NCBI GenBank assembly: GCA_035495415.1
Contig: DATJFY010000047.1
Span: 149,366 to 213,365 of the forward strand
Origin: Verrucomicrobiia bacterium
GTDB taxonomy: Bacteria > Methylomirabilota > Methylomirabilia > Rokubacteriales > CSP1-6
Direction of reading: 5' to 3'
DNA: 64,000 bases
Shown here in pieces: positions 17,502 through 25,098 of this stretch (its first letter is position 1; each line of letters opens with the position of its first letter). The position numbers and the translations under genes were made by a program. The notes below the pieces were generated by a model. That model saw only the letters and a list, made by a program, of their open reading frames with translations. It did not search any database and was not told the origin of the DNA.

Positions 17502-17591
17502 GTATCCGCTCGCCTCGCCTGCGGCTGCGGCTCGCCCATCGTTCATGTATCCGCTCGCCTCGCCTGCGGCTGCGGCTCGCCCATCCTTCTC
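17502..17591. repeat. tandem duplication (2 x 45 bp) of a GC-rich intergenic repeat unit
   Basis: GTATCCGCTCGCCTCGCCTGCGGCTGCGGCTCGCCCATC occurs identically at 17502-17540 and 17547-17585. Whole 45-nt units match at 42/45 positions. Confidence 0.9.
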
Positions 17592-17636
17592 CTCAAGCTA
17601 GTCCTGACGCCCGCGCTGATCGCGTCGGCGAGCCTG

Positions 17637-18350
17637 GTGGGCCGGCGCTGGGGGCAGGGAGTGGGTGGGGTAATCGTGGCGCTGCCGCTCACCTCGGGTC
17701 CGGTGGCCTTCTTCCTGGTGCTCGAGCACGGCCCCGCCTTCGCCGCCCGCGCGGCGCTGGGCTCAATGGCGGGCGCGCTCGCGCAAGGCCTGTTCTGCCT
17801 GGGTTACGCCGCGCTGGCCGCGCGCGGCTGGCCGCTCGCCTTCGCGGGCAGCACCGCCGCATTCGCGGTGACCGGGCTCGTGCTGCAGCGGCTCGCGCTG
17901 CGCCTCGGGCCGCTCACTGGTGTGGTGGCGGTCGGCCTCGCCTTCGCCCTGCTCGCGATGCCCCCCGGCGAGGAGACGCGGCGTCCCACGCCGCTCCCGC
18001 CCTGGGATATTCCCGCGCGCATGATCGTCGCGACCGCGCTCGTGCTCTCGCTCACCGCCGCGGCGTCGACCCTGGGGCCCCGGCTCAGCGGGCTCCTCGC
18101 TACCTTTCCCGTCTACGCGGGCATTCTCGCGGTGTTCGCCCACGCCCAGGCCGGCCCCGGCCCCGCGACGCGCGCGCTGCGCGGGCTCCTCGCCGGCCTC
18201 TTCAGCTTCGCCGCGTTCTTCGTGGTGATCGCCGCGCTGATCGAGCGGCTGGGCATCGGACCCGCCTTCGTCGCGGCGTTCGTCACGACCCTGGCGCTCC
18301 AGGCGCTCGCCCTGGTGGTGATACGCGAGCCGCCCGCCGTGTCGGCCTAG
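17637..18350 (+). CDS. hypothetical polytopic membrane protein (start uncertain)
   Basis: ORF track with a GTG start. Six or seven hydrophobic segments, and no family that I recognise. The frame stays open upstream and encodes further hydrophobic residues (LLLKLVLTPALIASASLV). Confidence 0.6.
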   Translation: MGRRWGQGVGGVIVALPLTSGPVAFFLVLEHGPAFAARAALGSMAGALAQGLFCLGYAALAARGWPLAFAGSTAAFAVTGLVLQRLALRLGPLTGVVAVGLAFALLAMPPGEETRRPTPLPPWDIPARMIVATALVLSLTAAASTLGPRLSGLLATFPVYAGILAVFAHAQAGPGPATRALRGLLAGLFSFAAFFVVIAALIERLGIGPAFVAAFVTTLALQALALVVIREPPAVSA

Positions 18351-18353
18351 GCT

Positions 18354-18674
18354 TCAGCGCGCCGCATCCGTGGCTCCCGGCGCGCGCACCGTGACGCCGT
18401 TGACCACGCGCTGCACGCCGCCCACGCTCGCGGCCACGGTGCCGGCGCGCTCCCTCTGCTCGGCCGTCGTGACGTTGCCCGAGAGATAGACGACGGCGCG
18501 GCGGCTGACCACACCCAGCTGGGTGAGGTTTGCATCGGTCTCGGCGACGAGGCGAGCTTTCACTTCGCTCTCGATCCGGGCGTCCGTCCAGGGGCTCATG
18601 GTGGCGCAGGAGCCGAGGAGCAGGGTCAGGGCGACGATCAGCGAGACGACCACGCGCCCGCGTATCGACCTCAC
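18354..18674 (-). CDS. BON domain lipoprotein
   Basis: Lipobox LLLGSC after a signal sequence. BON-type segment VVYLSGNVTTAEQRERAGTVAASVGGVQRVVNGVTV. The GTG start overlaps the upstream gene's stop (GTGA). Confidence 0.8.
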   Translation of the reverse strand: MRSIRGRVVVSLIVALTLLLGSCATMSPWTDARIESEVKARLVAETDANLTQLGVVSRRAVVYLSGNVTTAEQRERAGTVAASVGGVQRVVNGVTVRAPGATDAAR

Positions 18675-21600
18675 TTCGACCCGCCCCCGATGCCGAACGG
18701 CGCCAGGAGCCGGCGGATCGGGCTGGGGCGCGACGGCGTCTCCGGCTCGAGCAGCGTCACGCGCACCTGACCGGCCGCTCCGTCACCCTCGGCCGCCGCA
18801 TCGGTCGCCGCCTCGGCCCGAAGCCGATCGCCGTCGGCGCCGGCCTTCTCGATGCCCTTCCGGATCGCCTCCACGCGCTTGTCGGCCAGCGCCGCCGGCT
18901 TCGTGCCGTCGAGCGCGGCGCGATCCGCTGCGGTGACCACGGGAATCAGCGCAAGCCGGACGTCGGGAACCTGCGCGAGGAACGTGGCCAGACGGCTCAC
19001 CTGCTCGTGAGCGTCCGGCGCCAGGACGGCGGAGCCCGGCGCGAAGGGGACCGGATTCACGTCGACCTGCTGGATCATCGAGTCGCTGCCCGTCCGGACC
19101 CGGCCGATCCAGCTGAGCGGCGCCGTGACGGTCTTGACCGCCACGTTGCGCAGCGTGCTCCACAGCGCGTTCCGCATGTCGAAGTGGGGATCGTTCAGCC
19201 GGCCGTCCACGGGCAACGACACCCGGATGTCGCCGTGCCGGTCCTTCATGAGGGCGACGATGGTGCCGAGGGGCAGGCCGATGCGCGCCTGGGCCTCGTC
19301 CGACCCGGCCGCGCGCGCGACCTCCAGGCGCCGAATCAGGATGTCGGTCTTGGCGTCGAGCACGTTGCCGTCGACGTGACAGCTGACGGTGGCGCTCAGA
19401 GAGCCGGAGCGGGCCTCCCACGCGACCTGCTGAAGCAGATAGGAATTCGTGCGCGGCACCGCGAAGTCGTGCAGCTCGGCCCCGAGGTCGAGGCGGAGCG
19501 GCCCGCCCAAGGACCCCACGCTGCCGTTGACGACCAGGCGCGCGTCACCCCCCATGCGTCCGGTCAGGTCGACGCGGGCCGGTCGCGCCGTGGGGTCCGT
19601 GGACAGGCCCTCGATACGGCCGTTCATCCCGTAGGTGTCCAGCGCGAACGGTGGCACGACCCGCTGATCGACCGTGCGAGCGCCGCCGTTTTCGATGGCC
19701 ACGCGGCGGACGGTGACGAGGAGCGGCCCTTCATCGGGTGCCCCCGATCCGCTCGAGGGCGCCGCGGCGCGGCCGTCCCGGCGCGGCGTGAGGCGGGCCT
19801 TGAGAGAGAGCTCGCCGGCCCGATCGCGCTCCAGCAGCACCCACGGGCGCTGCAGCGCGGCGTCGCGGACAGTCACGCGGCGCGGCCAGTCGAGGTCGAC
19901 GCCTTCGGCCCGCGCCCGCTCGACGCGTAGCAGGGTGCGCTCCCCATCACGGACGTCCAGCCCCGCCGCCGCCGCCTGGCCGCGGGCGGTCACGCGTCCG
20001 GGCTCACCGGCTTCCAGCGCGATGGCCAGGTCGAAATCGACGCGGCCCAGGATTCGCGCGGGCACCTTTGCATAGGCGAGATAGGGACCCACCTCCGCGC
20101 CCTGCGCGCGCGCGCGACCCTCGACGGCGAGGGGATCGAACGCCACGCGCCCATCGAAGCCGATCCCACCGCCACCGGGCGGCTGCGCCTGTACGTGGAT
20201 CCCGAGCGGACCCTGAAGGGGCCAGGCCGCCCCGGTGACGCGGGCGCGGAGATCCGCGAGCTCGAGCGCCACCACGGGTTGAACGCTCTGGTCGCGCCAT
20301 GCCACGCGCCCGTCCTGCACGAGGAGCTCGCCCAGGGCGAAGGTGAAGGAAGGGGCTTCATCGTGTCCGTCCCTCTTCCCGGGCTCACCCGGACCGCCCG
20401 GCGCCCCGGGCAGCACGAGCTGTCCCTCGTGATCGCGCTCCAGCGTGACGCGCGGTCCCGCGACGGTCACGCGTCGCGCGGCGAGGCGGGGCCAGTCCGC
20501 CTCGATATCGCGCGCCTCGATCCGACGTGCCCGTCCGAGCTCGCTCGTCCCATCGGCGACGGCGAGCTGATTCACCGCCAGGTATCCGCGGACATGGCGC
20601 GGAACGGCGGGAGCCAGCGGTTCATCGACGCGCAGGTCGGCGTCCGCGAATCCCTCGACCCGCATCGATCCCGGCACCAGCCGCGCCCACGGCCGGAGGT
20701 CGACGCGGGCGAGCCGAAGCCGCAGCTGACTCACCGCGGGAGGCGGGCTCAAGCTTCCGTCCAGATGCAGCGTGCCGCCGCCTGGGACGCTGCTGCGGAC
20801 GTCGAGTCGACCGGGTCGGACCACCGGCCATGTCACGTCGCCCAGGCTCGCCCGAAGCGTCGTCTGCTGGAAGCGGCCGTGACCGCTCGGGGTCGGGTCT
20901 TTCACACTCGCCTCGCCCGCCAGCTCGAGACCGCCCAGCTCGAGCTGGTCCGCCCGGTACCGGAGGCCTCTCACCTCCATGGTGAGGCGTGGCACCAGAA
21001 CGGAGGGATCGCGCTCGCCGCGCCTGAGCAGCGCCACGTCCTCGATCCGGCTGGTCCCGTTCGCGCGGACGCCGTCCCGCGCGTCCAGGAGGATGGACAG
21101 CGTCGAGGTGGCGCGCCCCCGCTCCGGCACCAGCGCCGCGTCGGCCGGAAAATACAGGCGGGCCAGCGAGAGATCGAGGTTCGCGGTGTCGACGACCGCC
21201 TCGAGGTGAATCGGGTAGAGCCGCACGTGGCGCAGCTCGATGGAAACGGGCGCGCCCACCGTCACCGAGCGCGCGACGGCCCGGCCATCGTCGCGACGGG
21301 TGGAAAGATTGTGGGCCTCGATCTGGATCTCTTCCGACGACCAGGTGCGCGGCTCGGCCAGCGCACGATCCTCGAGAGCCGCCCGGCTTTCCGTCACGAC
21401 GAGATGATCCAACGTCACGTCCAGGAATCGACGGCTCGACGAAGTTCCTTCGAAAAGATCCGAGATGTTGAATCCATCGGCGCGCCGCACGAGGCGCACC
21501 GCCGAGCCCTGGATGCGTGCCTCGCGAATCCACAGATGTCCCCGGAAGAGCGCCCAGGGACGGAGGCGCAGCTCGATGCGATCGACGCCGATGAAGGGTG

Positions 21601-21841
21601 AGACACCGTCCCGATCCTGCACGCCGAGCCCGCGAACGACGATGCTCGCCCGCCACGGATGAAGCTGAACGGCCTCGATGCGCACGGCCCGATGCGTGAT
21701 GGCGTGGATCCGCGCGATCAAGAGGTGCCGAACCATGAGGGGCGACGCATAGGTTGCCGTCAAAATCACCAGCGTCAAGACGACGCCGGTGACGACGAGC
21801 CACTGAACGGCCCTCGAGGATACCCTTGGCGTCCACCGCAT
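18671..21841 (-). CDS. DUF748/AsmA-like envelope protein with OmpA-like C-terminal segment
   Basis: ORF 18671..22048. The internal ATG at 21841 (MRWTPRVSS) is preceded by GGAGAG and followed by a TM anchor (VQWLVVTGVVLTLVILTA). A long beta-rich repetitive body follows. The C-terminus PVPFAPGSAVLAPDAHEQVSRLATFLAQVPDVRLALIP...LADKRVEAIRKGIEKAG resembles an OmpA-C-like domain. Confidence 0.75.
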   Translation of the reverse strand: MRWTPRVSSRAVQWLVVTGVVLTLVILTATYASPLMVRHLLIARIHAITHRAVRIEAVQLHPWRASIVVRGLGVQDRDGVSPFIGVDRIELRLRPWALFRGHLWIREARIQGSAVRLVRRADGFNISDLFEGTSSSRRFLDVTLDHLVVTESRAALEDRALAEPRTWSSEEIQIEAHNLSTRRDDGRAVARSVTVGAPVSIELRHVRLYPIHLEAVVDTANLDLSLARLYFPADAALVPERGRATSTLSILLDARDGVRANGTSRIEDVALLRRGERDPSVLVPRLTMEVRGLRYRADQLELGGLELAGEASVKDPTPSGHGRFQQTTLRASLGDVTWPVVRPGRLDVRSSVPGGGTLHLDGSLSPPPAVSQLRLRLARVDLRPWARLVPGSMRVEGFADADLRVDEPLAPAVPRHVRGYLAVNQLAVADGTSELGRARRIEARDIEADWPRLAARRVTVAGPRVTLERDHEGQLVLPGAPGGPGEPGKRDGHDEAPSFTFALGELLVQDGRVAWRDQSVQPVVALELADLRARVTGAAWPLQGPLGIHVQAQPPGGGGIGFDGRVAFDPLAVEGRARAQGAEVGPYLAYAKVPARILGRVDFDLAIALEAGEPGRVTARGQAAAAGLDVRDGERTLLRVERARAEGVDLDWPRRVTVRDAALQRPWVLLERDRAGELSLKARLTPRRDGRAAAPSSGSGAPDEGPLLVTVRRVAIENGGARTVDQRVVPPFALDTYGMNGRIEGLSTDPTARPARVDLTGRMGGDARLVVNGSVGSLGGPLRLDLGAELHDFAVPRTNSYLLQQVAWEARSGSLSATVSCHVDGNVLDAKTDILIRRLEVARAAGSDEAQARIGLPLGTIVALMKDRHGDIRVSLPVDGRLNDPHFDMRNALWSTLRNVAVKTVTAPLSWIGRVRTGSDSMIQQVDVNPVPFAPGSAVLAPDAHEQVSRLATFLAQVPDVRLALIPVVTAADRAALDGTKPAALADKRVEAIRKGIEKAGADGDRLRAEAATDAAAEGDGAAGQVRVTLLEPETPSRPSPIRRLLAPFGIGGGSK

Positions 21842-22007
21842 GCGGGACTCTCCGACCGACGCGTGTACGCATCGCCCGTGCCAGCCCGCCGCGCATGCAT
21901 CTCGATGCCGCGTCGTCCTCCCGCGGGCCACGGGCGGCCATCGTGGAAAGGAAGCAGGTATGATCTGCCGGGACCGGTCCAAAGCTACCCGGCGGACCGG
22001 CGTGCGG

Positions 22008-22187
22008 CTAGGCCTCGTACTCCCGGCTGACCTCGACGGTAGCCTCACCGTCCTCGTCGATCACGAGGGCGATGACATTCGGGCGGCAGCACACCACGCA
22101 GTCTTCGGTGAAGCGCTGTCGCCGTCCGCCGCTGGGATCGACGTCGAGGTCGTTCTCCTCGCCGCAGAAAGCGCAGGGATAGGTCAC
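22008..22187 (-). CDS. CPXCG-motif cysteine-rich (zinc-ribbon-like) small protein, 59 aa
   Basis: Not in the ORF track (below cutoff). Hand translation from GTG 22187 to TAG 22008 gives MTYPCAFCGEENDLDVDPSGGRRQRFTEDCVVCCRPNVIALVIDEDGEATVEVSREYEA. The CxxCG...EDCxVCCRP pattern is the signature of the CPXCG-motif family. Confidence 0.7.
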   Translation of the reverse strand: MTYPCAFCGEENDLDVDPSGGRRQRFTEDCVVCCRPNVIALVIDEDGEATVEVSREYEA

Positions 22188-22200
22188 GGCCGACGCCGGA

Positions 22201-22920
22201 TCACACGCCCAGGAAGCGCTGCTGAATGGCGGGATCGGCGCGGAGCTGATCCGCCGAGCCCTCGAACTGGATGCGCCCCTGATCCATCACGTAGAGCCGG
22301 TGGGAGAGCGCGAGGGCCACCTCGAGGATCTGCTCCACGAGCAGGATGGCGGTGCCGCGGCGATTGATCGCGCGCAGGATCTCCGTGAGACTCTCCACGA
22401 TGATGGGAGACAGGCCCTCGGTGGGCTCGTCCACCAGCATGAGGCGCGGGCGGGCGATGAGCCCGCGCGCGATCGCCAGCATCTGCTGCTCGCCGCCGGA
22501 GAGGCCCTTGCCCTTCTGGTCGAGACGCTCCCGCAGGCGCGGAAAGTAGGCGAGCACTTCCTCCATCGCCGCGTCGCCCTCGCCGCGGCGGCCATCCGCG
22601 CCCAGCCGGCCCAGGCGGAGATTCTCCTCGACGGTGAGGTTGGGAAGGATGCGGCGCTCCTCGGGCACGTAGGCGACTCCCGCGCGCGCCACCGCGTGAA
22701 TGGGCAGCCCGCGCAGCTCCTGGCCGGCGAAGGTGATGCGGCCGAGACGCGGGGGCACGATGCCCATGATGCTGCGCAGCGTGGTCGTCTTGCCCGCGCC
22801 GTTCCGCCCGATGAGGGTCACGACCTCACCTTCGCGCACGCTCAGCGAGACCCCCTGAAGGATATGGGCCTCGCCGTAGAAGGCGTGCACGTCCTCGAGG
22901 GTGAGGAGCGGCGCGCTCAC
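22201..22920 (-). CDS. livF: HAAT-family ABC transporter ATP-binding protein
   Basis: C-terminal part of ORF 22201..23253, starting at GTG 22920 (VSAPLLTLEDVHAFYG). Walker A GRNGAGKTT, signature LSGGEQQMLAIARGL and Walker B MLVDEPTEGLSP are present. There is a GTGA overlap with livG. Confidence 0.9.
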   Translation of the reverse strand: MSAPLLTLEDVHAFYGEAHILQGVSLSVREGEVVTLIGRNGAGKTTTLRSIMGIVPPRLGRITFAGQELRGLPIHAVARAGVAYVPEERRILPNLTVEENLRLGRLGADGRRGEGDAAMEEVLAYFPRLRERLDQKGKGLSGGEQQMLAIARGLIARPRLMLVDEPTEGLSPIIVESLTEILRAINRRGTAILLVEQILEVALALSHRLYVMDQGRIQFEGSADQLRADPAIQQRFLGV

Positions 22921-23663
22921 CGGCTCGATCCGAGATACGTCTGCTGGACGAGGGTATTGGCTCGGATCTCGGCGGGCGAGCCCTCGGCCAGGACCTGCCC
23001 CTGGTGGAGCACGGTGATCCGGTCGGAGATGTTCATCACCACCTTCATCTTGTGCTCGACGAGGATGACGGTGCGTCCCTCGGCGATCTTCCGGATGAGG
23101 CGGATGGTCTCGTCCGTCTCCTCGGGGCTCATCCCCGCGGTGGGCTCGTCGAGGAGGAGCAGCGACGGGTCGGTGGCGAGCGCGATTCCCAGCTCCAGGT
23201 GGCGCTTCTCCCCGTGCGAGAGCTGGGCGGCGGTGAGCGCGCGCTTCTCCCACAAGGCGACCTCGCGGAGGATAGCGTCCGCCCGCTCGCGCACGCCGTC
23301 CAGCGACGAGGCGCGCGCCCAGAAGTTGAACGAGAGACGGTAGGACTGCACGGCCACTCGCACGTTTTCGAGCACGGAGAGATGCGGGAACACGTTGGTG
23401 ATCTGGTAGGACTTCGAGACGCCGAGGCGGGACACGCGGTGCTGGGGCATCCCGGTGACGTCCTGGCCCTTGAAGCGAATGCGGCCGCTGCTCGGCACCA
23501 TCTCGCCGGAGATCAGCCGGAAGAAGGTGGTCTTGCCCGCGCCGTTGGGGCCGATGATCGCGCGCAGCTCGCCCGGCGCCACCGCGAAGTTCACTCCATT
23601 GACCGCGGTGAGGCTGCCGAAGCTGCGGGTCAGCTTGCTCGTCTCGAGGATCGGCTCAGCCAT
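22917..23663 (-). CDS. livG: HAAT-family ABC transporter ATP-binding protein
   Basis: ORF 22917..23687 with an internal ATG at 23663 (MAEPILETSKLTRSFG). Walker A GPNGAGKTTFF, signature LSHGEKRHLELGIAL and Walker B LLLDEPTAGM are present. Confidence 0.9.
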   Translation of the reverse strand: MAEPILETSKLTRSFGSLTAVNGVNFAVAPGELRAIIGPNGAGKTTFFRLISGEMVPSSGRIRFKGQDVTGMPQHRVSRLGVSKSYQITNVFPHLSVLENVRVAVQSYRLSFNFWARASSLDGVRERADAILREVALWEKRALTAAQLSHGEKRHLELGIALATDPSLLLLDEPTAGMSPEETDETIRLIRKIAEGRTVILVEHKMKVVMNISDRITVLHQGQVLAEGSPAEIRANTLVQQTYLGSSR

Positions 23664-23682
23664 GTGGCGGCGGGTCGCGCGT

Positions 23683-23712
23683 AACATAGCAGCCCGTTTT
23701 TCGAGGTGTCAA
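23683..23712 (-). promoter_or_regulatory. candidate promoter (TTGACA-18-TATGTT) for the livG-livF-CPXCG operon
   Basis: On the minus strand: -35 at 23712-23707, an 18-nt spacer, and -10 at 23688-23683. Only 19 nt separate the -10 box from ATG 23663, and no SD is present. Confidence 0.4.
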
Positions 23713-23738
23713 GGTAGACTTCCCGCGGACTTGGCCCG

Positions 23739-24599
23739 ATGAAGCCGGCGCCCTTCGCCTATTGCCGTCCCGCCACGCTGGACGAAGCGCTCGATGCCCT
23801 TGCGCGGCTCGGCCCCGACGCCCGCGTGCTTGCCGGCGGGCAGAGCCTGGTGCCCGCACTCAACATGCGCCTCGCCCAGCCGTCCGCCCTCGTCGATATC
23901 AACCGGGTGCCCGGGCTGGACGGGATCCGGCTGGCGCCCGAGGGTCTCGTGATCGGCGCGCTTGCGCGCCAGGAAGCGGTGCTGCGCTCCCCGCTCGTCG
24001 CGCGGCACGCCCCGCTGATCGCCCAGGCCATGCCCCATGTCGCGCACCTCGCGCTGCGGACGCGCGGCACCCTGGGCGGCAGCCTGGCGCTGGGCGATCC
24101 CGCCGCCGAGCTGCCCGCCTGCGCGGTGGCGCTCGACGCGGTCATCCGCGTGGCGCGCCGGGGCGGCGAGCGCGAGGTTCCCGCCGCGCGCTTCTTCCGG
24201 GGAATCTATGCGACCGCGCTCGAGCCCGGGGAGATCCTCACCGCGGCGGTCGTCCCGTTGCGAGACGCGTCGTGGCGCTTCCACTTCGGTGAGCTGGCGC
24301 GGCGCCATGGCGACTACGCCCTCGTCGGCCTGGCCACCGCCGCGCGATTGGACGGCGGCGCGATCGCGGAGGCCCGGCTCGTGTTCGCCGGCGTGGGGCT
24401 CACCCCGGTGCGGGCGACCCGTGGGGAGGCGGCGCTGGTGGGCCGGCGGCCGGACGCGGCCGCGCTCGCCGCGGCCGGGCGTGCGCTCGACGCCGACCTC
24501 GATCCGCCGAGCGACGTCCACGCCAGCGCGGCCCTGCGCCGGCACCTCGCCCGGGTCCTGCTGGCGCGCGCGCTCGCCGCGCTCGTCGGGGCCGCGTAA
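23739..24599 (+). CDS. molybdo-hydroxylase FAD-binding medium subunit (CoxM/XdhB-like)
   Basis: N-terminal MKPAPFAY...VLAGGQSLVPALNMRLAQPSALVDIN is the FAD-binding-5 signature of this family. Confidence 0.9.
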   Translation: MKPAPFAYCRPATLDEALDALARLGPDARVLAGGQSLVPALNMRLAQPSALVDINRVPGLDGIRLAPEGLVIGALARQEAVLRSPLVARHAPLIAQAMPHVAHLALRTRGTLGGSLALGDPAAELPACAVALDAVIRVARRGGEREVPAARFFRGIYATALEPGEILTAAVVPLRDASWRFHFGELARRHGDYALVGLATAARLDGGAIAEARLVFAGVGLTPVRATRGEAALVGRRPDAAALAAAGRALDADLDPPSDVHASAALRRHLARVLLARALAALVGAA

Positions 24600-24603
24600 G
24601 GCG

Positions 24604-25098
24604 ATGGACGCGCGGCCCGAGGTCGAGATCGCGCTCATCGTCAACGGCGTCCCCGTCCGCCGCCGGGTGGAGGCGCGCAAGAGCCTCGTGGATTTCCTCA
24701 GGGAGGACCTCGAGCTGACCGGATCGCACGTGGGCTGCGAGCAGGGCGTCTGCGGCGCCTGCACGCTGCGGGTGGACGGGGCGCTCGCGCGCGGTTGCCT
24801 CATGCTGGCGGCGCAGTGCGACGGCAGCCGGGTGGAGACCATCGAAGGCGTGGCCGAGGCCGGCGAGATCGCCGATCTGCAGCGCGCCTTCGCGGAGGCC
24901 AACGCGCTGCAATGCGGCTTCTGCACGCCGGCCATGCTCCTCACCGCGGACGCGCTCCTGCGCGACGATCCCGACCTCGATGCGACGTCGGCGCGCCGCG
25001 GCCTGTCCGGCAACTACTGCCGCTGCACCGGCTATCATGCCATCGTGGACGCCGTCCTCGCCGCCGCCCGCGCGCGCCGGGAGGCGTCGCGTGGCTGA
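24604..25098 (+). CDS. (2Fe-2S)-binding small subunit (CoxS-like)
   Basis: C-terminal part of ORF 24037..25098, starting at ATG 24604. Both cluster motifs are present: CEQGVCGAC and CGFCTPAM...CRCTGY. Confidence 0.9.
   Translation: MDARPEVEIALIVNGVPVRRRVEARKSLVDFLREDLELTGSHVGCEQGVCGACTLRVDGALARGCLMLAAQCDGSRVETIEGVAEAGEIADLQRAFAEANALQCGFCTPAMLLTADALLRDDPDLDATSARRGLSGNYCRCTGYHAIVDAVLAAARARREASRG

Noticed and set aside
17502-17591. The tandem repeat as a minimal CRISPR array.
   Set aside because: There are only two units. They are separated by 6 nt rather than by a spacer-length unique segment. No cas genes are in the window. The unit is not palindromic, and related copies are dispersed singly in other intergenic gaps.
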